Notes: generated by a model from the sequence alone, not told the origin. A DNA stretch of 64,000 nucleotides from Candidatus Cybelea sp. (GCA_036732685.1 DAINBY010000014.1:2704-66703); one strand, 5' to 3'. Shown: positions 17,609 to 25,797, counted from the stretch's first letter. Numbers and translations: made by a program.

Positions 17609-18071
17609 GGTCGTAATCGCCGCTCTTGCCGCCGCGCTTGCGGAGCAGCCGGACGCTTTCGATGGTGATTCCTTTGTCGAGCGACTTCGACATATCGTAA
17701 ATCGTCAACGCGGCGACCGATGCCGCGACCATCGCCTCCATCTCGACGCCGGTGCGGGCGGTTGTGTGCGCCTCGGCCTCCACGCGCAGCACGCCGTCGC
17801 GGCGCCAATCGAAGCGGACGGCGACGCTGCTCAAGGGCAACGGGTGCGCGAGCGGAATGAGGCTCGCAGTCTGCTTCGCCGCCATGATGCCGGCGAGCTG
17901 TGCCGCGACGAACGCGTCGCCCTTGGCCAAGGTTGCCGCTTTGAGCGCCGCGACCGCCGCACGATTCATGCGAACGAGCGCCTCGGCGCGAGCGAATCGC
18001 GCCGTTACGGCCTTCTTCGACACGTCGACCATCACGATGCTGCCGTCGCGCGCGACGTGGGTCGGTTTCAC
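17598..18071 (-). CDS. moaC: Cyclic pyranopterin monophosphate synthase MoaC
   Basis: 157 aa: MVDVSKK.VT.R.A.A...KGD....A.LAGIMAAKQT..LIPLAHPL....V......TGVEMEA.....VA.LTIYDM.K, canonical MoaC. Confidence 0.9.
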   Translation of the reverse strand: MKPTHVARDGSIVMVDVSKKAVTARFARAEALVRMNRAAVAALKAATLAKGDAFVAAQLAGIMAAKQTASLIPLAHPLPLSSVAVRFDWRRDGVLRVEAEAHTTARTGVEMEAMVAASVAALTIYDMSKSLDKGITIESVRLLRKRGGKSGDYDRDL

Positions 18072-18268
18072 CGCGACGATCGCACCGGCGAACCTTGGAA
18101 GCGCGCCCAGATCAGGCAGAGTAGCGCGAGCACCCAGCAGACGACCAAATGCGTGATGTGATGCGCGTGCAAGGCTCCCGACTCGGTAAAGAGATTGATC
18201 TTGCCCAAACCGTAAAGGATGCCGAGTACGAAAAAGACGATGGCCAGGAGCACGGCGATGGCTCTCAT
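18068..18268 (-). CDS. Small hydrophobic membrane protein (66 aa), function unknown
   Basis: ATG at 18268 forms an ATGA overlap with the uppP stop, and its own stop overlaps the moaC start. MRAIAVLLAIVFFVLGILYGLG...HLVVCWVLALLCLIW gives two predicted TM helices. The coding call rests on coupling and hydrophobicity only. Confidence 0.5.
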   Translation of the reverse strand: MRAIAVLLAIVFFVLGILYGLGKINLFTESGALHAHHITHLVVCWVLALLCLIWARFQGSPVRSSR

Positions 18269-19122
18269 GAAATGACTCCCCTCCTTGCGAGAACGTACGA
18301 GATTGCGCCGACGATGACGCAGTACCAGCCGAACGGCCGCAGATCGTTCGAACGGAAGTAGCGCATCAGGAAGGCTACCGAAAGATATGCGGCGACGCCC
18401 GCGAGAATTCCGCCGCAGACCGCTTCGAGCAGTACGACGTGCGCCGCCGGCGCGAAGAGCTTGGGCGCTTCGAGCAGAGCCGCCGCAAGAATCACCGGCG
18501 TCGCTAGAAGAAACGAGAAGCGGGCCGCGCTCTCGTGATCGAGGTCGCAGAGCAGGCCCGCGACCATCGAGATTCCCGATCGCGAAATGCCCGGCAGCAA
18601 CGCGAAGCCCTGCGCAACGCCGATCAGCACGCTCGCCGGATAGCTTAGGTCCTCGATCGGTTTGTACGTCCCCGGACTCGTCCGGTGCTGACGCCGGCGA
18701 AGCGCCTCGCCGGCAAACATGACGAAACCGTTGACCAGCAGGAAGAGCGCAGCCGGCGCGGGCGATCCGAAGAGCCGGCGTACGGGCGCCTCGAAGACGA
18801 TGCCGAGTATGCCGACGGGAATCGTTCCGACTACGAGGCGCCACCCGATTCGCTCGTCGCGATCGTCGCTCAAATGTCCGCGCACGACGCTGGTGACGAG
18901 CGCGCGAACGATGCCGCGCCACTCGGCTCGATAATAGAGAATCAACGCGATCGCCGTGCCGAGATGCAGCACGACGACGAAGGCGAGAAACGACGGACTG
19001 GAACGATCGAAGTGCCCGTGCAAGAGCGCCGGAACCAATATGGTGTGGCCCAAGCTGGAGATGGGGAAGAGTTCGCTGACGCCCTGCAAGAGCGCGAGCG
19101 CCAGCGCTTGCGCGACCGTCAT
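18265..19122 (-). CDS. uppP: Undecaprenyl-diphosphate phosphatase
   Basis: 285 aa: LLQGVSELFPISSLGHTILV, PGISRSGISMV, polytopic. This is the BacA/UppP signature. Confidence 0.9.
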   Translation of the reverse strand: MTVAQALALALLQGVSELFPISSLGHTILVPALLHGHFDRSSPSFLAFVVVLHLGTAIALILYYRAEWRGIVRALVTSVVRGHLSDDRDERIGWRLVVGTIPVGILGIVFEAPVRRLFGSPAPAALFLLVNGFVMFAGEALRRRQHRTSPGTYKPIEDLSYPASVLIGVAQGFALLPGISRSGISMVAGLLCDLDHESAARFSFLLATPVILAAALLEAPKLFAPAAHVVLLEAVCGGILAGVAAYLSVAFLMRYFRSNDLRPFGWYCVIVGAISYVLARRGVIS

Positions 19123-19739
19123 TACCAGGCCACGAACTTTACGCTAAAGGCGTACGTGCTTGCCATCGGTTTGCAGTCGCGAAGCAACGGCGTATACCGC
19201 GCATCGCGAGCCATTCCCACGGCAACGAGATCGAGCGAGGAGTTTCCCGTGCTCTCCGTGACGCTGGCGCTGGTCACCTGACCGGTGGGGTCGAGCTGCA
19301 CCGTCACCCGCGCGACCCCGCTCGTTCCCGAAGCGCGGGCCTCCGGCGTGATCTCGGGCGGAGCTGGGCTCCCGACGACCGCCGCGGCGATATCGGTTCG
19401 GGCGCACGCAACGGCAGTCGCGACCGGCTGCGGGGTAGCGGTCGCTACGGGAGGCGCAGGCGTTGCCGCATTGCCTCCGGTCGTTCCGGCCGAACCGGGG
19501 CCTTTGCGCGCCGGCGGCGCCGAACTCGTGGTACGTGGGGCAGGCGTTTGTTTTGGACGCGGCGGGGGTGGCGTCGGCGGTTTCGTCACCGCGATCGTCG
19601 CCGGACGATGCTCGATCGATACGACTTCAGCCTGACTCTCCGGCGTCGGCGTCGTCGGGTGCAGAATCAGCGCGACGATCAGGTGCACCAGCAACGAGAG
19701 CGCCAGCGCGACCAGCAATAAACGCGGGGTGCGTTTCAT
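19122..19739 (-). CDS. TonB-family energy transducer (TM anchor, Pro-rich spacer, TonB_C)
   Basis: 205 aa. Anchor LLLVALALSLLVHLIVALIL with the conserved His, spacer KPPTPPPPRPKQTP, and a C-terminus GVARVTVQLDPTGQVTSASVTESTGNSSLDLVAVGMARDARYTP that resembles TonB_C. Confidence 0.7.
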   Translation of the reverse strand: MKRTPRLLLVALALSLLVHLIVALILHPTTPTPESQAEVVSIEHRPATIAVTKPPTPPPPRPKQTPAPRTTSSAPPARKGPGSAGTTGGNAATPAPPVATATPQPVATAVACARTDIAAAVVGSPAPPEITPEARASGTSGVARVTVQLDPTGQVTSASVTESTGNSSLDLVAVGMARDARYTPLLRDCKPMASTYAFSVKFVAW

Positions 19740-19760
19740 CGCTCATCGAGGACGGGACGG

Positions 19761-20480
19761 TTAGTCGGGCTGGAAGTCCGCGCGGAAAAGATAGTCGCCC
19801 GTGGTTGGGCTGCAGTCGACGAGCTTCGGCGAGTACGTCGACTGCCGAGCCGCCCGCAACGCCGCCTGATCGATCGCCATGTTGTTTGCGCTCTTGAAGA
19901 CTTTGGCCGTAATAAGGTTGCCGCTCGGTCCGACGGTCACTTCAATCTCGACCGTCACCGCCCCGAGTCCGAGATCCTTCGCCGATTCGGGGTAATCCGG
20001 CTGCACGGGATTCGTCACGGTCGCCTCGACGTTGGGATTGGCGCAGGCAGGCTTGGGCGTGCCAACCGTTGCGGCGGGGCCGGGCGTACCCTGCTGGCCC
20101 TGTGGAACGCCGTTTTGGCTGCCGGTCTTGGGTTGGGCGACGGTGTTCTCGGTCGACGTCGTCGCGCCGGCGTTGTGCGTCTTGATGAGATTGACCTTGA
20201 GCTTCGGCTGCTCCACTTGCTTCTTTTGCGGTGGAGGCGTCGAGTTGGGCGGCGGAGTGGGAGTCGGCGGCGGGGTGGGCGTCGGCGGCGGCGGCGTATG
20301 AACGATGATCTTGCGCTTCGAAACCGTGACCTGCTCGGGCCCCTGCTGCTCGGCGTGCTTGTTGAAGTTGGGCAGAAACGAACCGATCGCCAAATGCGCG
20401 ATAATCGAAATGAGAAAGGCGATGCCGATATAGCTTCGGACCCGCTCGCCGGTCGTTAGATAGCCGCTTCGTTTTGCCAT
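19761..20480 (-). CDS. TonB-family energy transducer (second copy)
   Basis: 239 aa. Anchor IGIAFLISIIAHLAIGSFL, spacer PPPPTPTPPPTPTPPP, TonB_C-like PDYPESAKDLGLGAVTVEIEVTVGPSGNLITAKVFKSANNMAIDQAALRAARQSTYSP. Confidence 0.75.
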   Translation of the reverse strand: MAKRSGYLTTGERVRSYIGIAFLISIIAHLAIGSFLPNFNKHAEQQGPEQVTVSKRKIIVHTPPPPTPTPPPTPTPPPNSTPPPQKKQVEQPKLKVNLIKTHNAGATTSTENTVAQPKTGSQNGVPQGQQGTPGPAATVGTPKPACANPNVEATVTNPVQPDYPESAKDLGLGAVTVEIEVTVGPSGNLITAKVFKSANNMAIDQAALRAARQSTYSPKLVDCSPTTGDYLFRADFQPD

Positions 20481-20483
20481 CGG

Positions 20484-20909
20484 CTACTGCGACGTCCCCC
20501 CGGGCGTATTCTCAACGTGGTTTGCCAGACCGAAATCGGTCAAGTCGACTTGCTTGGCGGCGTCCATGACCTGAAGGATCACGCCGTAGCTGGACCTCGG
20601 ATCGGCTTTGACGATCACGCTCTTGAAGCGATGATCGGTGGCATCTTGGAGCTGCGCGAAGGCCGCCTTCGCATCGGGAATCGCCACGGTGGTCGAACCG
20701 ATCTGAACGTGGTCGTGCTCGTCGATGATGACCACGATCTGTGAGGGCTGAACCTTGTCCTTGTTGAACGCGTCGGGCAGCTTCGGCTCTTTTGTAACCG
20801 ACGCCAAGATGATGAAGATGATGAGGAGCACCAACAGCACGTCCGTGAACGGCGTGATGTTGATGGTCGACATTACCTCGTCTTCGCCCTGTCCGGTGGA
20901 AACGGCCAC
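20484..20909 (-). CDS. exbD: ExbD/TolR-family biopolymer transport protein
   Basis: 141 aa: INITPFTDVLLVLLIIFIIL (with the conserved Asp in the TM helix) and a periplasmic ...VIVKADPRSSYGVILQVMDAAKQ. Confidence 0.85.
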   Translation of the reverse strand: MAVSTGQGEDEVMSTINITPFTDVLLVLLIIFIILASVTKEPKLPDAFNKDKVQPSQIVVIIDEHDHVQIGSTTVAIPDAKAAFAQLQDATDHRFKSVIVKADPRSSYGVILQVMDAAKQVDLTDFGLANHVENTPGGTSQ

Positions 20910-20926
20910 GTCGAATTAACCTCCGG

Positions 20927-21337
20927 TTACGACGTTACGAAGCCGACGTCTTCTAGGCCGGCGTTCTTCGCAGCGTCGAGGATTCGAATGATGACGCCGT
21001 ACGGCGCCTTCGCGTCGGCGATGATCGCCACGTGGTGGCGCGGCTTCTTCTTCGACGCGTCGTACATCACACGATAAACGCCGGTGGTATCGGTCTTGAC
21101 GCCGTCGACGAAAATCACGCCCTTATTGTTGACGTCGACCTCGATGTCGTTCTTGTTCTTGGTATTGGTCGCCGTGTTGGGACTCTTGTTGGGCAGCTCT
21201 TTTTCGAAGCCGGGCGGCGCCACCAAAGCGGCGAGAATCATGAAGATGATCAGCAGGACCAGCAGCACGTCCGTAAACGGGGTGATGTTGATCTCGGCCA
21301 TCACCTCTTGATCTTGCTGCGACGAAAGGAGGCTCAC
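20927..21337 (-). CDS. exbD: ExbD/TolR-family biopolymer transport protein (second copy)
   Basis: 136 aa: EINITPFTDVLLVLLIIFMIL ... VAIIADAKAPYGVIIRILDAAKNAG. Confidence 0.85.
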   Translation of the reverse strand: MSLLSSQQDQEVMAEINITPFTDVLLVLLIIFMILAALVAPPGFEKELPNKSPNTATNTKNKNDIEVDVNNKGVIFVDGVKTDTTGVYRVMYDASKKKPRHHVAIIADAKAPYGVIIRILDAAKNAGLEDVGFVTS

Positions 21338-21354
21338 GATCGCGCCTTACGAGC

Positions 21355-22023
21355 TTACTTGCCGGCTTTCGAGGGCTGATAGAGCTCCGTTGGAATCGGC
21401 GCGCCGGTGTTGTGGAAGTGCAGCATCTCGGCGAGCTGGTTCGCAGCGACGATCATTTCCTGGTTGTAATTCTTGATTCGTGACTTGAAGAAGTTGAAGA
21501 ATACCACGGCGATGACCGCGATGATCAGACCGGTCGCCGTAGTAATGAGAGCTTCCGAGACGCCGGCCGCGACGACGGCCGGAGTAGAGTTGCCCTTCAA
21601 CGCGATGTCTTGGAAGGCCCGAATGATGCCCAAGACCGTTCCGAAGAGGCCGACGAAGGGCGCGATGACGGCGATCGTTCCGATGATCGCGAGATTGCGC
21701 TCGAGCGAGTTCAAGTGCTCCATGAGCGCGATCGAAAGCGCGTCGGTAATGTCGGCGCGGTTCTTCTCGCCACGACGAAGCCCGAACTCGAGGATCCGCG
21801 GAAGCATGCCGCGGTGCTTTTTGCAGATTTCGATCGCTCCGTCAAGGTCGTCGCTCGAAACTTTCGTTCCGATCTGCCGCAGCAGACCTTTGGTGTCGCC
21901 ATGCTGCATTTGGAAGAATACGAGCCGCTCGATGACGACTGCGAGACCAACGATTGAAATGAGCAAGAGCAGCCACATATCCCAGCCGCCCTGCTGCATA
22001 AGACCCATAAATCCGGAAAACAC
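21355..22023 (-). CDS. exbB: ExbB/TolQ/MotA-family proton channel protein
   Basis: 222 aa. Three TM segments. LAIIGTIAVIAPFVGLFGTVLGIIRAFQ...ALITTATGLIIAVIAVVFFNFF is the MotA_ExbB signature. GTG start at 22023; an internal ATG start is also possible. Confidence 0.85.
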   Translation of the reverse strand: MFSGFMGLMQQGGWDMWLLLLISIVGLAVVIERLVFFQMQHGDTKGLLRQIGTKVSSDDLDGAIEICKKHRGMLPRILEFGLRRGEKNRADITDALSIALMEHLNSLERNLAIIGTIAVIAPFVGLFGTVLGIIRAFQDIALKGNSTPAVVAAGVSEALITTATGLIIAVIAVVFFNFFKSRIKNYNQEMIVAANQLAEMLHFHNTGAPIPTELYQPSKAGK

Positions 22024-22138
22024 GGTGCTCTACCACCCTCCACTTGACGTAGTGCCACGGCGGCCGGCCGCCCTGTGAGGGCGAGCCATTGGCCTATGCC
22101 GCGCTAAAGTCCTGGTAATGTTACCTTTCGCCTCCCGA

Positions 22139-23500
22139 CTAACCCGAGGGAGTGCCATTGAGGTTCGATTTGATGAACGTTTCGATCTGCAACGCGAGTG
22201 CTTCGTTGCCGTCGGCTTTGGCCTGTTGGTCGGCCTTGTTCAGAGCGTCGGTAGCCTTTTGCTTCATACCTGCATCGTGGCTCGCGGACCATTGCGCGGT
22301 GAGCGCGACCCCATCGGCAAAGTTCGCCGCCGCGTAGTTTGGATTCGTTGCGAGAGCCTTTTCAGCATAAGCTTGCATCCGCTTGTAATCAGGTTTTTCG
22401 GTGCGCGCTATAGCAAACGCGGCGAGGGTATTCGCTGTGACGGCGATCTTGGGATCGCCCGTGGCGGCGGCTTGGTCGAAGTCGGCGAGCGCAGTTGGCA
22501 CGTCTTTGGCCGCCGCGGCCGCGGTTCCCGACTTAATCAATGCCTCGCCCATCGCCGCGGCGCCGGCCGTGCTGCCGGGATCGAGTTGCTTGATTTGAGC
22601 GGCCATCGACTGCGCTCCGGCCGTGTCGTTGGTCGCCATGTATGCTTCGAGTAGTTCGGAGTCGATGTTCACTTTGGCCGAAACCGGAATCTTCGGATCG
22701 CCCATGGCTTCGTCGTGCGCCGCCTTCAGCGACGCCTGCGCAGCGGCGTAATCGCCCATAGAGAGTTGAGCGACGCCCAGGGCGAAACGCGAGTTTGCAT
22801 CCGGCGCGAGCGCGTAGGCTTTCTGGGCGTACCCGAGCGCTTGGCCTGCATTGGCCCGCGCGATCTTTACCGCCGCGGTCGCGAAGCTTCGCGCCGCGAT
22901 CGGCCGAAATTGCGGCCCGATCGTCCCGACCTTGTCGAAGGCGGAGGCCGCGGTTTCAAAGTCTCCGGCATCGAACGCCGCGATTCCGAGCATCTGGCGC
23001 AGCGACTCGTCGCCCGGCGAGCTGAGCAACGCCGATTCGGCCTTCGATTTCGCCGACGCGTATTGACCCTGCCGAATGAGCGCCGCAACCTGGCTTGCGG
23101 CTGAACTGAGCGAGCCGCCGGCCGGCATGCCGGAGTCCTCACTCGGATTCCTCGCAACAGACTTGCCGCTAAACTTCAACGTGAAGTCGTAAAAGGACGT
23201 AATCGGCGTCGTGCCGCGGTGGGCCGGCTTATAGGTCGAGCTCTGGGCGATCTCCATCGCGGCGGCATTGTCGCCGGAGTTGGTCGATTTAATGACGTGC
23301 GTAGCCTTGTGCGTGCCGTCGGCATTCACTTGAACCTGCACGACGACGGTGCCGTTGCCGGCGATCGCCTGCGTCGTCGTTCCCTGCTTGATGAGCTTCG
23401 GTTTCGTGTACTCGTTGGCATACTGCGCCACCGCCGGAAGTTGTGCGAGCGCGACGAGCGTCGCGATAGCGGGAGCTACGATGCGAAAGTTAACGTTCAT
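22139..23500 (-). CDS. Secreted protein with an N-terminal TonB_C-like domain and a TPR-repeat region
   Basis: ATG at 23500 (ATGA overlap with the rluB stop). Signal peptide MNVNFRIVAPAIATLVALAQLPAVAQ. GTVVVQVQVNADGTHKATHVIKSTNSGDNAAAMEIAQSSTYKPA resembles TonB_C. Ala-rich TPR-like repeats (GDFETAASAFDKV, GDYAAAQASLKAA ...) follow. Confidence 0.7.
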   Translation of the reverse strand: MNVNFRIVAPAIATLVALAQLPAVAQYANEYTKPKLIKQGTTTQAIAGNGTVVVQVQVNADGTHKATHVIKSTNSGDNAAAMEIAQSSTYKPAHRGTTPITSFYDFTLKFSGKSVARNPSEDSGMPAGGSLSSAASQVAALIRQGQYASAKSKAESALLSSPGDESLRQMLGIAAFDAGDFETAASAFDKVGTIGPQFRPIAARSFATAAVKIARANAGQALGYAQKAYALAPDANSRFALGVAQLSMGDYAAAQASLKAAHDEAMGDPKIPVSAKVNIDSELLEAYMATNDTAGAQSMAAQIKQLDPGSTAGAAAMGEALIKSGTAAAAAKDVPTALADFDQAAATGDPKIAVTANTLAAFAIARTEKPDYKRMQAYAEKALATNPNYAAANFADGVALTAQWSASHDAGMKQKATDALNKADQQAKADGNEALALQIETFIKSNLNGTPSG

Positions 23501-24270
23501 GGCGTACCTCGAGCGGCTGGGCGAGTCTTCGTGTTCGGCTTGGTACGAGGCGCTTCGTCCGGCGGCCTGCGGTGCCGTTCGAGCGCGGCGCGTTCCTTTG
23601 CGGTCAGCGAGCGCAGGTCCCCTGGCGGTAGGTTCCCCAAGCGCAGCGGTCCGAAACGAGTTCGCGCCAGTTCGAGCACCGGGTGGCCGAGCGCTTCGAA
23701 CATCCGGCGTACTTGCCGGTTTCGCCCTTCGTGAATCGTAACATCGACGACGCTGCGATCGCGCCGTACCGCGACGACGCGGACCTTCGCCCCGGCCGTG
23801 AGAGACCCGTCGAGCGCAATTCCCTCGTGCAGACGTCGCACCTCCGGCTCCGAAAGCCGGCCGGCGATCGCAACCCGGTACGTCTTCTCGACGCCGTAGC
23901 GGGGATGAAGCAGGCAATGGGCGAGCTCGCCGTCGTCGGTAAGCAATAGGACGCCGCTCGTGCCGTAGTCGAGCCGGCCGACCGGCACGACGCGCGCGCC
24001 TCGGGGAAGAAGGTCGGCGACGGTGCGGCGGCCCGCCGGATCGCGCATCGTGGTCACGACGCCGATCGGCTTATTGAGAAACAGGTAGGTGTGCTCGGCC
24101 GGAACGGCAACGGTGCGGCCATCCACTTCAACACGATCGCCGTCACCAACGATCGTTCCCAACGTGCGTGTGACCGTGCCGTTGACCCGGACGCGTCCCG
24201 CAGCGATCAGTTCATCGGCAGGCCGTCTTGCAGCGACTCCGGCTTGCGCTAAATACCTATTGAGGCGAAT
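23497..24270 (-). CDS. Pseudouridine synthase, RsuA/RluB family (S4 + catalytic domain)
   Basis: Catalytic part: LFLNKPIGVVTTMRDP..R.TV.DL......VPVGRLDYGTSGVLLLTDDGELAH. The first canonical start is TTG at 24162, but the in-frame upstream sequence encodes a textbook S4 domain (RLNRYLAQAGVAARRPADELIAAGRVRVNG). I therefore extend to ATT at 24268-24270 (see findings). Confidence 0.82.
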   Translation of the reverse strand: MRLNRYLAQAGVAARRPADELIAAGRVRVNGTVTRTLGTIVGDGDRVEVDGRTVAVPAEHTYLFLNKPIGVVTTMRDPAGRRTVADLLPRGARVVPVGRLDYGTSGVLLLTDDGELAHCLLHPRYGVEKTYRVAIAGRLSEPEVRRLHEGIALDGSLTAGAKVRVVAVRRDRSVVDVTIHEGRNRQVRRMFEALGHPVLELARTRFGPLRLGNLPPGDLRSLTAKERAALERHRRPPDEAPRTKPNTKTRPAARGTP

Positions 24271-24282
24271 CCCCGCGCCTCG

Positions 24283-25797
24283 CTAGTACTTGCCGTTCCC
24301 GCTATCCTCGTATCCCCGGGACATCGAGAGCGCCTCTTTGGTAACCGACTGCAGGAACTCTTCGTTCGTGCGCGTCTGCACCATCTTGTCGAGGATGATC
24401 TCGGTGATGTCGCCGGTATTGAGGACGGCCGTCGCGCGACGCAGCATCCAGATCTTGCGCATCTCGTCGGGCGAGAGCAGCAGTTCTTCGCGCCGCGTGC
24501 CCGAGCGCTTGATGTCGATCGCCGGGAAGACCCGCGATTCGGCAAGCTTGCGCGTGAGATTGAGCTCCATGTTGCCGGTGCCTTTAAACTCTTCGAAGAT
24601 GACGTCGTCCATCTTCGAGCCCGTCTCGATCAAAGCGGTTCCGATGATCGTGAGCGAGCCGCCGTTTTCGATCTTACGCGCCGCACCAAAGAATCGTTTC
24701 GGCTTGTGAAGCGAGGCGGTGTCGAGACCGCCCGAGAGGGTCCGGCCCGAGCTCGCCACGGTTTGGTTGTAGGCACGCGCGAGCCGCGTAATCGAGTCGA
24801 GTAGAATCACGACGTCCTTGCCGAGCTCGACGAGCCGCTTCGCGCGCTCCATCGTCAGTTCGGCGACGGTCGTGTGGTTCTCGGGGTGCTCGTCGAAGGT
24901 CGACGCCACGACTTCACCGTCGATGGTGCGCTGCATGTCGGTTACTTCCTCGGGGCGTTCGTCAACGAGCAGCGCGATGATGTGCGCGTCGGGGTGATTG
25001 AGCGAGATGCCTTGCGCGATATTCTTGAGCAGGGTCGTCTTGCCGGCCTTTGGGGGCGAGACGATCAATGCGCGCTGACCTTTCCCGATCGGCGAGAAGA
25101 GATCGATCACGCGAGTCGAGAGTTGCGTCGGGCGCGTCTCGAGTTTAAAACGCTCTTCCGGGAAGATCGGCGTGCCGCGTTCGAAGACCGGCCGTCCTTT
25201 GACCGCCTCCGGATCCAAGCCCATGACCTTGTCGACGCGAATCAGCCCGTAATACTTTTCGCCCTCTTTCGGGCGCCGCGTTTGACCTTCGACCATGTCG
25301 CCGCGCCGCAACTCGAATCGGCGGATCTGCGACTGGCTGACGTAGATGTCGTCGCTGCCGATGTAGTAACCGGCGCGGCGCAAGAAGCCGTATCCCTCGG
25401 GAAGTATGTCGAGGATTCCGCTGGCCAGCTCGAGGCCGGAGCGCGAGATCTGCGCTTGCACGAGCATCGCGACGAGCTCGTCCTTCTTGACCTTTGCCGG
25501 AGCCGGGATCTCGACTTCGAGCTCCTTGGCGAGCTCGACGAGCTCGGTCTTGGTCTTCTCCGAGAGCTGCGCCGCGGTTTGCATCGGCGGCAACTCTACC
25601 TGCGGCAGTTGATCGTGGTGGATAACCGGATGTTGGGGAAAGTGCCGGCGTCGCGCTCGCCGGCGGCGCCCGCCGCCGCCCCCTTGTTGGGAGCGCATGT
25701 CGTTATTGGGCCGGTGGTCGACGTTGGGGCGATGTTCGACGTTGGGGCGATGTTCCGTTTGCAGAAGAGTCATCTCTCTAGGAATCGCTCGCGCCAT
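24283..25797 (-). CDS. rho: Transcription termination factor Rho with an N-terminal extension
   Basis: 504-aa ORF: GILDILPEGYGFLR (RNA-binding domain), Walker A GKGQRALIVSPPKAGKTTLL, LVDERPEEV, GGSLTIIGTALIETGS. About 70 aa lie upstream of the usual N-terminus. They contain EHRPNV EHRPNV DHRPNN and GGGGGRRRRARRR. The true start is uncertain. Confidence 0.93.
   Translation of the reverse strand: MARAIPREMTLLQTEHRPNVEHRPNVDHRPNNDMRSQQGGGGGRRRRARRRHFPQHPVIHHDQLPQVELPPMQTAAQLSEKTKTELVELAKELEVEIPAPAKVKKDELVAMLVQAQISRSGLELASGILDILPEGYGFLRRAGYYIGSDDIYVSQSQIRRFELRRGDMVEGQTRRPKEGEKYYGLIRVDKVMGLDPEAVKGRPVFERGTPIFPEERFKLETRPTQLSTRVIDLFSPIGKGQRALIVSPPKAGKTTLLKNIAQGISLNHPDAHIIALLVDERPEEVTDMQRTIDGEVVASTFDEHPENHTTVAELTMERAKRLVELGKDVVILLDSITRLARAYNQTVASSGRTLSGGLDTASLHKPKRFFGAARKIENGGSLTIIGTALIETGSKMDDVIFEEFKGTGNMELNLTRKLAESRVFPAIDIKRSGTRREELLLSPDEMRKIWMLRRATAVLNTGDITEIILDKMVQTRTNEEFLQSVTKEALSMSRGYEDSGNGKY
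25702..25755 (-). repeat. 18-nt tandem repeat (2 identical copies plus 1 diverged) inside the rho 5' extension
   Basis: Plus strand gacgttggggcgatgttc occurs twice in tandem (25720-25737, 25738-25755), preceded by the diverged copy gttattgggccggtggtc (25702-25719). These encode EHRPNV/EHRPNV/DHRPNN. Confidence 0.85.
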
